Assembly: GCF_964204645.1 (NCBI RefSeq)
Contig: NC_134027.1
Span: 9,828,485-9,892,484 of the forward strand
Direction: 5' to 3'
Length of the DNA: 64,000 nt
From: Tubulanus polymorphus
Lineage: Eukaryota; Animalia; Nemertea
Part shown: positions 38,626 to 55,117 of the stretch, in pieces
How the letters are laid out: each line of letters opens with the position of its first letter
How positions within the stretch are numbered: the first letter of the stretch is position 1
Position numbers and translations under genes: made by a program
Notes under the pieces: model-generated
Databases searched by the model: none
Told to the model about the DNA's origin: nothing
The model's input: only the letters and a program-made list of their open reading frames with translations

Positions 38626-39601
38626 AGATTACGTGGGATTTATCGGTGAAAAAAATTAATTCAAAATATTTCATGCAATTTCTATGCTGTCATAGCGTAG
38701 AATTTTCTGTTACCCAGGTATATTTTTCCATTGCTTAGGACACAATGACAATAGCATGGACAACAGAGTTCCCGTTTAAATGCTTAATCGTTAACATATG
38801 GTGGCCAGATGATTGTCGATAGTCGATTTACGTTCATCATTTCGCATTTTTCATATATACGATACGAAAGTCCGTACTTTTGCCCGAATCAAAATGCTTT
38901 ATTAGTGTACTTCAAACATCACTAACCTAACATTTTCTTGGATAACGACCGATGAATTGTATGAACTACTGTTAAAACCTTTTCGGTATCTGGGAAATCA
39001 AAATAAAGAAATGTTATCGTACCTTGCTTTCGCTTAACCTTCTCTTAAATAGAAATATGTTAGAATTGATAAAACGAAAACAGTGACTAAATATCAAGAA
39101 CTACATCACAAAACGTAACAAATCACCATTTATATTACCTACGATGAGTCTCGTCAGACGTTGCTTGGTTGCACAATTGCTCGATTCAAATATTGAACCT
39201 TAATTAGGCCTATATGAGAGAATTGTTGAAATTGAAAATGATCACTCATCTTTTCCCGATGATAGCCACTCGGAATCATATTCCAGTCAATTGAATCGAA
39301 AGTGCAACAGGTGGTCAAATCTAAAATCATTTTCAACAGTAAATGTTGTTTGTCTAGCTTCTACCTACTCATCTCTGAAAATTTTAGTTTTCCAGTAACT
39401 TGAATCCGAGGCGCAACAGGTGATGAAATACGAAAAGCAATAGCAAGTATTATTCGTATATTCGTATATTTAAATATTCACACAGGGATGTTTCTACATT
39501 TATGTGATTAAGATATAGTCCCAACTCAATAATTAGAATATAATTATGATATATGATTTTAAGAAATAGATTTGCTAAAACCCTTTGGGTGACGATAAAA
39601 T

Positions 39602-39709
39602 GGGTGTATGAATATGTAGCCTACAACGAGACGGGTAGTACTTAATAGGTTAACTACTTTATTTGAGGTACGCGCTACTACTTGTCTCGTTAAGTATGTA
39701 TTCAACCCC
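39602..39709. mobile_element. Short degenerate MITE
   Basis: Inverted arms aacgagacgggtagta / tactacttgtctcgtt, with outer tgaata / tattca. Confidence 0.5.
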
Positions 39710-39852
39710 AGTTTATCACGGCTCTGATACGAATCTTAATATAAATATGTAAAATCTGAAACCTTGCTATGATAAGTTATCTAGTAATTGTCCAATAGAT
39801 GCACGATGAAGTGTATTTTACGATTTTGTGGCCATCGTTGCACCAGGTATCA

Positions 39853-41943
39853 TTACTCGCATGTAAGCGGACGAACTGAACAATCGTCCCTTTCGAAATG
39901 TATCAATTCAATAGATGACATGATTCGTTCTGCCACTTTTTCATCAGAAGCGCATACCACGTGCCGCGACATCAGATCGAATGGCTCCCCTACAAAATTC
40001 AACGTTTTATACAACGAGTGCTTCTCGGCCATTGGCTCGTCTTAGCCGGGGATACGATCGAATCCTATCCAATGCTCACCGTTTGCACCCAAAACGATTC
40101 CTCCGGATTCTTCGACGATTAGGTGCCCGGCAGCGACATCCCAACAATGCAATCCGAACTCAACGTATCCGTCTGCCACGCCCCTAGCCACGTAACACAT
40201 AGACACAACAGCAGAACCAACACATCTCAAACTGAAAACATCCAAAACCATTTAAATCATCAAATCCGAATTTGAAATAATCATTTTACTAACGCTCTAT
40301 TCTATCGCTTACCCCCTCGATACAGCGGAAAGATTTTCGAAATTTCTCATTTTTGTTCGGAACACGTCAGGGCGTTTGGACAGTGGGCAACCTACTTCGT
40401 TCAGGATAAGACAATCCTTAATATCTGAATACAGAGAAATAGTAGAAAATTTATTATTAGGTATGTAAATACAATTGACGTCAACTTCTATGTTTGAGGA
40501 ATCGTATGTCGAAAAGGTTGAGAAAATCATTTCATTGAAAACAAATTTTATCGAAAACTGTGTAGCTCAATAAATATGTTTTCCTTTGCCCCCATCCAGT
40601 TACTAATCGCGATACAGACTGGAATATCTTTAAATTTTAATATATGTACAAATATGCCGACCATGGAAAATCTTTTGGTTAGTTGCAGACGACAATTCGT
40701 TGGTGACGTCGCAGAAAATCAACCCGTCACTGACCTTTGTTTCCCGATACGTGAATACGTTCGCCATTCAGAAAAGCGCCCTCCCCGCGCCGTGCTGTGT
40801 ACAGACTATTGGTTTTCGGGATGAACACAACTCCGAAAACTGCCTAAAAGTATCCGTAGTATGCTAGCAACGTAATATCCTTCAAAATTCATTACGTAAA
40901 CAGAATAGCGAGAAAACATACTTTCCTTCGATTAAAGAAGCCGATCGATATGCAAAACTCCGGAAAACTAGTGATTAAAAAGACAAAGGGTATACATAAG
41001 TAACAAATAATGACACGATATAAAATAGCATAAGTCATGGTCGTTCACAATTATGTATAGATAGTTATGTTGAAAGGAGATTTCTTATCGGTATTTTGAA
41101 AACAATGAGAATATCCAGAAAATTAAATGAATATTCATTGAATACAGCCGGCTCCTTGGCATTCAAGTTCTAACACGATAATAAGAATAGCGAGAATAAT
41201 TATTTTCTGAATGAATGAATTCTCGATTTAAGAATTATTTTAATTTGTACATAGTGAGTTTTTATCTTATTATCCGTTCACCACGTTTGAGTGTGGTTAT
41301 TCCTGTACTCTAACACAATGTTCTTTTTTAAATGACCTTATCTCATCCATTCAGTACCCGTGAATGAAGTTTGTGGTGCCATCAATTGGGTCTACAATCC
41401 ACGTCGGTTCGTCTGTCAGTGTTCGTTGTCCGTCTGTTTCCTCGCCTATGAATCTGTGCGTGGAAAAGAAATCAAATCAATCGATCGTCCATGTTTAAAA
41501 CGAAACGCTAAATAAAACCTGACGCACATAACACTTGATATGACAAGAAATATGTATGCAATTTACTTGCCGATGATCTGGAAAATATTGCGCTATCTTA
41601 TCCTTGACGTATTTTTCGATTTTAAGATCCACTTCGGTAACCAACCCAGCGTCGGCTGCGTGTTCTTTTGTGTTTATAGATGCACCATTTATTTTGGCAA
41701 GCATCATCTGAAATCATACGAAGAGACAACAAATTGCTTAACATTAAAATGAAGATGAACGACGGAACGCACGCTAAATCTCGATTTTAGAGAGTTGAGA
41801 AAGCTCGGATGGAATGCGAGGACGCAGCCGCGATATATTGCCAAATCACCACGCACTTATTGGCTAACTTCCATTTAGACATATTTCACCTTGCCACATT
41901 CCTGGGCCATACCCACGGCCAAAACGTACGATTCCTCAAACAT
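39853..41943 (-). CDS. IMPA1: Inositol monophosphatase (IMPA1/2-like), about 8 exons
   Basis: [81 protein letters not shown]; GT-AG introns. Confidence 0.93.
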
Positions 41944-42779
41944 GGCCAGCGTTCTAAAACACGAATTATGCTGTCTAAAGACCAAAATGTCTCATGACAT
42001 CGTCCGGTGTCGAATTAATTCAATCGCCACCTGGGGTAACGCTTGCTTGGTGGTCTTTGTCATTTCAATTATATGTACCTGTTACTCCCGAGATTGGCAT
42101 CTTGGTTAATTCAAGTTTTTTTCTGCTAGTTACGCAGCGAGAGTAAATTTCATGCAGTTTTATTGTCAGTGTAAATGCGACATTACGACTGCACCCAACC
42201 GAGTCAAAAAGAAGTTTTTGTTGATCGACATAATGAAGAAAATCCGAATTTTTCATTTTGAATAAGAATATATTGACATGAAAGAATTATTTAGTGATTG
42301 AGTCTTTCTACGAAGTAAATCAAATTATAGGCTTTTTCTTTGAAATGGTTTACGGACGTAGATTTATATTTTATTCGACACACGATCTACAAGCTTGCGA
42401 TCGACCATGGGTTGAATAGAAACCCGCGGCTAGTTACTCAATGTTGGTTAAAGCTACGAGGAATCATCTCATCTTGAGATGATTGCTAGTAGGTTATTCC
42501 TAGCAATTGAAAACTCACCTATTTAATGAGCACTACAAATGATTTTATCTGAAGCAACCGTTTGAGATTAAACTCTATTTTATTGAGTAATATTTTATCT
42601 GTCAATTGGTCTTATGTTTTGTGAATTTGTAAAGTCTGTAGAGATATTTCATGAATTGGCCTGTAAATAAACATTATTATTATAATTGTTGTTGTTGTTG
42701 TTGTTGTTTATTATTAAACATAAACTGTAAATAACTTACAGTGTAGTTATTAACAAAATACTGCATGCTATGACACTGT

Positions 42780-42955
42780 CAGATTTTGGACCCTCGCTCG
42801 CTTTTGTGACGACCCGCTGTGGTCGCCGCGACTTGTAAGGGTTGTAAGGGTAGATTTTTGTGAATTTTGTAAATTTATATATTTTTTCTCTCCATGTTTA
42901 ACTTGTAATAATGTTACGCTTTTCGGTGAAATAAATTTAAATTGAAATTGAAATG
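42780..42955 (+). mobile_element. Probable LINE 3' tail remnant
   Basis: T-rich tract ending aataaa plus a (ttgaaa)n tail. A similar aataaa plus (att/gtt)n tail lies at ~42665-42715. Confidence 0.35.
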
Positions 42956-43004
42956 CCCGATTTTGATATTCTCGGAGCTATCCTCTATTGTTCTATTGAA
43001 TTGA

Positions 43005-46076
<3,072 letters not shown>

Positions 46077-46472
46077 GTCGTGCATATGACCATTCGCTTG
46101 TTCATTCAAAGACTATGTTATGATCTCTAGGGATCATGTGACTGCTAATAGTAGACATTTTCTATGGGTCATCATGTTGAAATGTTTGTTGCTGTTGTCA
46201 AAGAAGAATTCAGCGCATTACAGCACAATGTTTGATTTCATACCGGATGTGCTCTGTCTACTTGTTATCACTACTGTAATATTTGCTTTTGTAAAAAGAT
46301 ACGAATAAAGATGTAGCTAAAAATGTACTCAAAGAAGAACTTTTGATGATTAGTCTGTATTGGGTCAAGATGATATTACTTCAAGCTTTGAGAATGGTCG
46401 ACGTTTAATCGCTATACCGTACTTATATTTTCAAAGAAAAAGATAATTTCGTCTAGAAGTGAACAACAGCCC

Positions 46473-46578
46473 CATGGGCAGATCCAGGATTTTCAAAGGG
46501 GGTGCTCTGCTGTTTATCCCCTCAGAAAATATTGTAAGATTGGTCTGCAGGAGATTTTTCAAGGGTGGTGGTGTGTAG
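46473..46578. mobile_element. Short MITE
   Basis: TIRs catgggcagatccagga / cctaggatccgcgactg. Confidence 0.5.
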
Positions 46579-48444
46579 CACCCTAGGATCCGCGACTGAG
46601 TCCAAATTACGCTTAATGTTATCTCATTCTGTCAAAAGGTTATGCGTTTAAGAACACATTTAAAAAAACAGAACATTGCTGCACCCAACAGTTTTTACCA
46701 TTCAATTGCCCCTCTCAATTTAACCTTAGATTTCCGGCCTTCACGCCCATTGTAATGGCACATTCATGGCTTCGTCAAGATTATGCCCATCCATTGACCA
46801 TGGGATTGATGTACCCCTCAAAACGCTGTGCCCTTCTGATCTCTGGTAAGTGTCATAGAATTAATCCTTTATCGTAATTAAGAAAGTACACTGACAAATA
46901 TCGACGGTGTCCTGGGACCCACGGAAGACCTCGACGATCCGCACCTGCTGGTTGGATAATGACTGTTGTATGGCAGACATTTTCTTTTGGTTGTCGCGTT
47001 GAAACGTGCGTTGCCGACGTCGAAGACTTATTCATTATAATATACGAAAAAGATGTAACTGAAATGAAATCAAATAAAAACTTTTTCGTCTGTTTTTGCT
47101 CTAAAATGTATCCGAATTAAGAAATTTCAACCCAGAAGATGGATGCTGATTTGTGATGACGCGTGCGTCGTCGTCGGTCGCTTAGTGGATTATCCCACAA
47201 GGATCGGATGAATTCCTGTGAAATTAAAACTAACTGAAGTAGGGTGTCACTGTTGTTGAAGAACCAACCTCCGTTTACTAAGAAACCTCATTCCTCATTG
47301 AAACCATGGAGTAACCAATATAAAGCAATTAAACCAGGGTCCCTACAACTCCTTGATTCCTTGAAAACTCCTTCTTCACCAAAACTGATGTTTATAAGAT
47401 CCTTGAATTTTAGCAAAATGCCCAAAAATCCTTAAATACTCCTTGAATTTTGAGAAATAGGCTGAAAGTTTTTAGGTTTGATGCCTAGTTAGTAGTCATT
47501 GGTTTTAAACCAACGATTTGAGATTTCTTTTTTGTGCAACCGGGTTCTGATATGTTTACGAGTGTATGATGAGCGTCCCTTGGAAGAACGTCTTCGCTGT
47601 GTTTGGATATACCGTAGTCCACTTGCAAAACATGGAAATAACTGTAAAATGTGTAATCTTTAGAATCGACATTTAAATTCAAGACATAAGAAAGAAAAAG
47701 ACTAACTAAAACTGTCTCGAATCAAGTATGCCATAGATTAATGTTTATTGCCGAACAAACATATCGTTTGAATTCGTCAGGGTTTCGAATAATTTGGATT
47801 TTGTCGGCGAATAACGATTCAGATTATTATTCGTCACAAGGTTGGTTACAGAACGTGCCATTTTTATAAACGTGGGTGTATAAAGCGCAGACGAAGCTAT
47901 GTCGGTCGCTCGCGCTGTCATCAATCGGATATCCTGTAAAAAGATGGTTAAAAAGCGGTTGTGGTAAAAGCAAAATGTGCGCAAAAGGAATTTCATTCAT
48001 TATGTATTATGAATTAAATTTTACTCACGTAAGCCATTTCGATTTTCGAAGAAGATTTTCTCCTCGCATTCAACTTGGTTACATCCGGTGATTGAATTAC
48101 ACTTTTCTACTGCTTTGTATATGACTGCCGCTGTCTGCTTACACTGGTCAATGGCACCATCCCCTGTGAGCGCATTTTTGAGTGCTGTGACAGATAAATG
48201 CCTTAAACTAACATTCTTCGCATGTACCCTCACCACCTGCATCACCATCACATCGGCAAATCCTAACGTTTTCTGCGTTTACGTCAACCATCACAGCTTC
48301 GATTGGAGAAGCTTCATTCATGTTTCGACATCCACTAGAAACAACTGTAACCATAGTGGAGAAAAATATTGGTAGTTAATAACACATAAAAGACAAGATG
48401 AGCTTTTTATATGAAAACAGAAATGAATGTCCTTTTTCTGCGCT

Positions 48445-48550
48445 TTTGTAAACACGCAAATAAATATGGCGGACTTTTTACGCTTCTTTGTAAAGACGCA
48501 GATAAATATGGCGGACTCGTTTGCGCCTTTGTTAACACGCAGATAAATGA
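48445..48550. repeat. ~42-bp tandem repeat, about 2.5 copies
   Basis: tttgtaaacacgcaaataaatatggcggact... repeated. Confidence 0.8.
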
Positions 48551-49099
48551 GGGAGGTAAAATGAAAATAAATCATAAATTAATGTCTCCAGGACGCCGTG
48601 GTAATTATCATATTAGAAATGACGAGTGAAAAAAGGAACTCATCAGGTCAACAAATAAAAAACACGGTCAACGTGAATAAGATTCATGCGATCCAGATCA
48701 CTGAAAACAAATGCTTCATAACTGCGAAAGATGAAGAGTAGAGAAATCGGTTATCATTCCGTGCACCCGATCGAAATTGCTGGGATTCCATTAAACATTG
48801 CACGATGCAAACCTGATCAATATTCGTTGATACCCAAATAGAAATTTCCGACCAAACTATAACCGAGTTGATAACCAATTTCGGTCATTATGTACGTATG
48901 TACATGATTCTTTCAGGGAGGAGCTCCCTGGTTCTGTTGAACGGTTATCTCCAGTCAAGAAGACAAAAAATCCGATTCACAGTAGCAAATATCCTAAAAC
49001 TCTCGAAAGTGAAATGAATTGAAATTAGGTGGCTCATTTTATCATAAGGTGACTCATTTTGGTTCATTTTACTATAGAACTTTTCATAACGCAACTATC

Positions 49100-49520
49100 A
49101 TAACGCAAAAACGAAAATATTCGTTTTTGCTCCATGTTTTACGAAAGTTCGTTTTTGCTAGGGCGCAAAATAGGGCGCGAACATTTTGGAGCAAAAACGA
49201 AAGATCATGGAGCAAAAACGAATATTTTCATTTTTGTGCTATGATATTTCGTTTTTGCGCGGTAAAATTCGTTTTTGCGCAACGAAAGTTCGTTTTTGCC
49301 AGGGCGCAAAAACGAATATTTTGGAGCAAAAACGAATATTTTCGTTTTTGCGCTATAATATTTCGTGTTTGCGCGGTAGCAAAAACGAAAGTTCGTTATT
49401 GTTAGGGTGCAAAAACGAATTCTATCGCGCAAAAACGAAAAATCATGGAGCAAAAACGAATATTTTCGTTTTTGCGCTGTGATATTTCGTTTTTGCGCGG
49501 TAAAATTCGTTTTTGCTGGG
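49100..49520. repeat. Complex repeat made of alternating GCAAAAACGAA and TTCGTTTTTGC units
   Basis: Many direct and inverted copies form serial hairpins such as gcaaaaacgaa-tatt-ttcgtttttgc, within recurring higher-order blocks. Confidence 0.88.
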
Positions 49521-50621
49521 GCACAAATATAAGTTGCTCTATAAGTTTCGTTTTGCATTTTACTATAATCGAGGTCGTGTAAAAATTATTGCATTTGGCC
49601 CTTATCAACCACCATAGAAAACCAATGCGCATAACAAATAAGAAACATTCCCTACAACATTCAGGACGATATTCGAAATCCTACGAAACAACTTAGAATA
49701 TTCGATGTTAATAATCAGCGAGTTCTCTATCTCCGTGTTCAAATCTATGAATGATCTACTTCCCAGTTAATACGAGAATCTATTTACAAAACTAAACACA
49801 GCCATAGTACTCACCGATGTAAGGAATTAACTGCAAAAAGAATAATCACAGACAATTCACAATGATCTATAATGGCCCAAAATTCCTGGAACTCCTAAAA
49901 ATCTAGATTTTTATGTCACTCTTTCACATTTTTTGGAATAATTGGTAAGAAGTTTTTAACATATCCCAATATGATTAGAATCTAGTACGGTGTATGTATT
50001 TCCGATGTTAAATGTTTTTGTCAAGTAACTACATGTAGTATAGGTATGAATTGGGTATGTCCATGAATTTGAGTGCGTTTCGCTAAATTTTGATTTCTCA
50101 AATGAATGATAATTTCATATTGTTTTAGTTTTAATCGTTATAACTAAAGCAATAAATCCGTCATGTGTAAATGTTCGGTAGACTCTATCAATGTGCTATA
50201 TATGATCTCCCCAGTCCTTCTGAGCCTGAGCCTCTGAGCCCTGGTGGTAATCAAAATACCATAACTAACTATTTCTGCGATTTAAATAATTTTTTTTGTG
50301 GTTGTATTACATGATCCATCATAGTTATGTGTTCGATGTATATGCTTATAAGATATCTCGGCCGTCAGCGACAGGTGGCTGGTTATTCAGCTTATGGGGT
50401 ATAGGCCCCCTACAGCCTGTCCCAGGGAAAAGTATACCGCACTTTGAATAGTTCTTCTTGGTATCGTTAATAATAACTTTTGTGGACTTAATCATTCCAG
50501 ATTAATGGCCAGACATTTATCTTTCAAATTATAATTGGTCCTTATATTGCCTTCACAGATGAAGGACAGAAATCAATATCTCCTGCCCCAAATGTTTGTT
50601 TATGTACCATTATTTGGTTTT

Positions 50622-50680
50622 GTATGTTGATGCTTATGTTGATGCGTATGTTGATGCTTGGAGCTCCAAGGTTGATGCGT
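50622..50680. repeat. 12-bp tandem repeat TATGTTGATGC(T/G) x3
   Basis: Directly visible. Confidence 0.8.
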
Positions 50681-51492
50681 CCATCTGTCCGCTATGGTTA
50701 GTCACTCGGTTTTTTGTACTCGGTGTTTTCAGCGACCCCCAAATCTTTTTTAATTTCTTTACGTATAAGTTCAGAAACTTTAACTACAATTATGCAATCA
50801 ATGTAGAAAATTGTTTTAAAAGTACTGAACATTATCCGAAGCCGATTTTTTAGCGTCGTACTATTTCGACGTACTTCAAGAATCGATGGTCCACCAGTAA
50901 GCAACTAAGTTATCCAACGACAAGTCTGCATATATAGTATTACAGCATAGTTTAATGATTCAGCATACATTTTTCTTCTTATGCTGCACTAGAGAGCTCT
51001 TGTTCAGAACCCTATAAGACTATAGGCTCTCACAGAACTCCCTCCCAAACTCTGTTTTAACTTTCAAAATTCGGGCCTCATATCAATTAATCACCCGGGT
51101 TGAGGTTGATATTTAAATTTTACCTTATTTGGAATTTGTAACTAAACTAAATAATTAAGAACTGGATATTCTTAGTTGGGTGTTAGCCAACAGAGTGGTT
51201 CATTGCTGCGAAATTTTATAAATGATTGGATTAACAAACATGAAATTATCTCAACACAACCAGAATGAAAAATCATGTTTATATGTATTGTTTATACGAA
51301 CATAACAATGTGACGATTACCGCATCGTTACATTTTACGATGGACTCAGCACGAAAAACGATAACTCGTATGTAGAATTACTTTGGTTGATATTTATTGA
51401 TGAACGAATAGATGATTGAAGCGGAGATCCAGAAATTGAATTGCGTAAATCGTCGAATAATGGGCCGAAAAATGTCGGTTTTACATTGAAAA

Positions 51493-52662
51493 TTATTCCG
51501 CACAAATTTGGTTAGGCATAGCGCCAGGTTTGAAAAGGTCGTACATTGCGCAAATGAAATCTTCTCTGGTTTGCGCATCACTCTCCTCAATCGGGTAATC
51601 TATAAAAGATGGACTAAATTGTTTATGAAACCTCTTAAGAGACACCGCATCCGAGATATTTTTGGAAAAGAAACGTTTCAAGAATGCAGTCCCCCACTTT
51701 CATGCATTGATATGCCAGTACGTATTTGAATCGTGTGGCCGAGTGTTCGAAAAAATGGAACTCACCTAAACCGTCTCGGTTATCATAATATATCTGCTCC
51801 TCGCATTCATATCCTGCACACCCTCCGATCTTTTGGCAATCCAATATATCGCTGTACTTGGCTTTCACTCTTTGTTTACAACTTTCCATATTAGCTACGT
51901 CCACCGTAAGCCCAGTTTGGCATAGAAATGTTGCAAACAAGCATTCTCTATCGCAGTTACTATAGCTTTCACACCCGCAAATATCAACGGCAGCTTCATA
52001 CGTTGCATTGACGGCGTTGTCATCGTGAGTTTTATTCGGACGGTTGCCGCATCCAGCAAAATAAACTATACCAAAAAGCGAAATGACGATTGCCAATAGT
52101 GAAAGTACGATGATAAACGATTAAAACATAAGCAATTTTATAAATTACTTGGGATCCAGGAATTTTGAATAGAGGGAGAGGGTGTGTGGCAAAATCCGAG
52201 TCCAAGTTGTCACGTACTTTGCACATGAACGCAAGCGCCGTAGACGCTAAGGGATCATTCATTTTACGTATATACGCATAAAATTTGACCCACTGCTCGC
52301 AAAATCGCTCATATTTTCATAAGCATTACATTACACTTACCTACAAAACAGTCGCCTGGGCTAAGAAGTGTATATTTATGAGCAGCAGGTATCCGTGGAA
52401 AAAATACTAATTTTCACCTATCCATGAATTTTATGGCGGGATTTTATCGCAAAAAAACACCAAACATTGAAACATTGAAGCATAATATATTTTTTGCGCG
52501 GCATATTGCACAGAATTTTTTTTAACTTGGCCCGAATCAGCCACCATAGAGTTTGCATACGACCATGTTAGTGTTGTTCATGTTTTCAGCTGGTTGACGT
52601 TTGCTCTTACCGATGAGCCCTGGGATGCCTAAACGTACTTCTGGCAGTACGGCAAAGTGCAT
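51493..52662 (-). CDS. Unrecognised ~152-aa protein with 12 Cys, probably secreted; 3 coding exons
   Basis: Exons 52611-52662 (MHFAVLPEVRLGIPGLI), 51766-52065, 51493-51599 join in phase 1/1 without stops. Acceptor and donor positions are conserved with the pseudogene paralog. A possible 5' UTR exon donor lies at ~53488. The first exon is least certain. Confidence 0.72.
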
Positions 52663-55117
52663 TTTTATTTTTTTTTCAGTTCATTTTGGGTCCCTTAAAT
52701 GTCCCATATATGACCCCAATTTGTTGACTTAAATCGTACAATCTACGTTCTGGCCATGGGTCACATTATGACCGCTTGGTTTAAAGTGGAAAACTTAATT
52801 TCATGGAGCGCCACCTGGTGAGTTTTCCACTAACCGACAAGGCTCCTATATCTAAAGTGTGGCTTTTAGGTAACAAAGGTGCTATTAAACACAGCTAAGA
52901 GCTCTGAAACCCCACTATCAACAGTTCTTAAATTTATGACCAGCTAATTAGGTGGGGTCATCCCAGGGTTAAAGAGATTCTAACGTCACATTCGAGTAAC
53001 TGAATAACTGCAGATTTCTTAATTTAGAATTCCTAGGTTTTTCCCAAGTATTTCATGGGTAATTTTTCAATTTTCCCGAATGGAAACAGATACCATCCTA
53101 TGCTACAATCAACATTTTAGTGGTGATTGGTTGATGAAGGTCCATTTCAAGGGCAATCGCAGAAGAGAATTGCAAGTAATACGTGAAATGTGAATGAATT
53201 TCCCAAATATTTCCTTGATTTGAGGGAAATTTTTTAGATTCTAAAATATTTCCAAACTGGGAATTATCATTTCAAAATTCCCAAGTTTTTCCCAATTTGC
53301 CTGTTCTTTGGGGACCATGAATCGTTAGCAATAAATGAAGATTTGTTCTCTTAACTAAAAATCTAATTCGTACGATTCATCATTCAAACGAAATTATTTT
53401 TTTTGTCGAAATTATAACATGTTGATGACATTTTGGTTCGTGAAGCTTAAATCAATTTATGTAAATATGTATAAACCGACACTTACGTTCGACTTCCGCG
53501 GGGAAGAAAACAACTACAGCGAACAGACTGAAAACGGCTGCGAAGATCATCACAGAATTCATCATTACGAATGAATCGAAGTGAACGATGCAAATCGCGC
53601 TTACAACTATCAAGCGTTAATATCACTGTCAAATTGTCAATTTTCTGACAACCGACTTCGCACTTTTTTGACGAGGGATCAGCAGAAAACACCTGCATAG
53701 CTCGAAACGATGCAGTTCAAACCAGGTTTATATGTACACGTGTATTACTGATAATTACTATTGAAAGCCATCCGGTTGATACACTTAAGAGCCATGTTAT
53801 ATATTCTACTATCTACCGGATCAGGGCTGAGATGCAAGATTCTGAAATTTCTGTATATTTTCGCATTGCCATTTTCCACTTTTTTCCCCGTTTCTTTAAA
53901 AACACTAAATTTTTCAAAAGGGACATAACCAAATGTGATTTCTTCCTTTTAGATGAGGTTCTATGCAAGAATTACATAGTTTAAACATGTTTCAGACAAT
54001 GTAACAATTTTTACCTGTAATAAGGGTATACAATTCAATGACTGACACTAGACCATGTACATGTACTATGAACTATCTACGGTCCAGGCACAGCCCATAG
54101 ATGGAACATATACAGCCTATAAGGAAAACTACATTTCTCATAGTTTCCAAGATTTTCACATTTTTTCACACAAATATTTACTTTTTAGAAATTTTCACGT
54201 TTTTTTCACATTTTTCACATGCATCACTGTCGGATACCTACCCATCTTAAATTTCAAACATGGTACATGTACATAAATGTGTATACCAGTTAAAGAGATG
54301 CTTTTCCTAAGATGAGAGTTTCAAGCTCCTTCTTATCAAGAACGATGACATCGCGGTATTTTTTGCAGAAATATTTTATTTCAACCAAAACACATTTCAT
54401 CATCAATTTTACGTACACCATTTCAGAAGCATTTAACAGATCATCGAAGACGATCCCTCTATTACATCAGCTAGCAACTAGACCTGGAGATCGGAAGATT
54501 CGTGAAATTCAAAAGTCTGAAAGCGTACTCGAAAGCCCTCACTCAAAAAACTGCATATTTTATCACCAGTTGAGCTGATGTAAAACCAACGTTTCATATT
54601 CTATGCCACTCAAGCATTATGATCGTAGTTGTCTGGAAGCAAACAGGATCAAATCCCTATGAAAACATCCATAGATGTAATGATAGGAGCATATTTGCAC
54701 TGGTGCCAAGTTTGGCGCGACCAAATGCATATGACCAGACCCATGCCAAATTTTCTAAACGATCACAATGCATACCAATATTTGACCAAATTTGAATATA
54801 AATAACTCAACAATCTAGACAAGTCAACGATGAAATACGTAATGGCGTAGGAGACCGTTCATGTGAAGTATGCATATACAAGGTTTTGCCATTTTCTCAT
54901 AGGTAGATGATGCTAAAATTGCATTAAAAATGTAAATACGGTACATTTTAATTTTCATATAAACTTCAAGAACAGCCCCCATAATTTTTCTTTTAAACCA
55001 TGCCAGAAACTTCTTATAGTGTAGATGTCATACCGAAAACTAGTTTAGCAATCAGTGAAAATACGACACACTATCACAAAAAAAATCTGTGGAATGACTG
55101 GTACCAAGAAGAGAGCA

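Larger units (their letters stand above)
47827..49866 (-). pseudogene. Pseudogene paralog of the 12-Cys protein gene at 51493-52662
   Basis: Same exon layout: donor ATCG|gtgag at 49815, exon 48029-48344, exon 47827-47933. In-frame TAG at 48208-48210 where the paralog has Leu (EC*FKAFIC vs ECLFATFLC). The 316-nt middle exon is frameshifted. Last exon RYPIDDSASDRHSFVCALY...NQPCDE* aligns with DYPIEESDAQTREDFICAMY...NQICAE*. Confidence 0.8.

Noticed and set aside
48208-48210. In-frame TAG as programmed readthrough or recoding
   Set aside because: A frameshift in the same exon and a disrupted first exon make pseudogenisation the simpler explanation.
49019-49632. Four overlapping ORFs and a CRISPR-like appearance
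   Set aside because: Low-complexity repeat translations. The spacers are short and repeated, there are no cas genes, and the context is eukaryotic.
52066-52130. ATG-TTT-TAA followed by a hydrophobic stretch, suggesting the second Cys-rich copy is also dead
   Set aside because: The T-rich stretch is better read as a polypyrimidine tract: an AG acceptor sits at the same position in both paralogs and an upstream phase-1 exon supplies an ATG.
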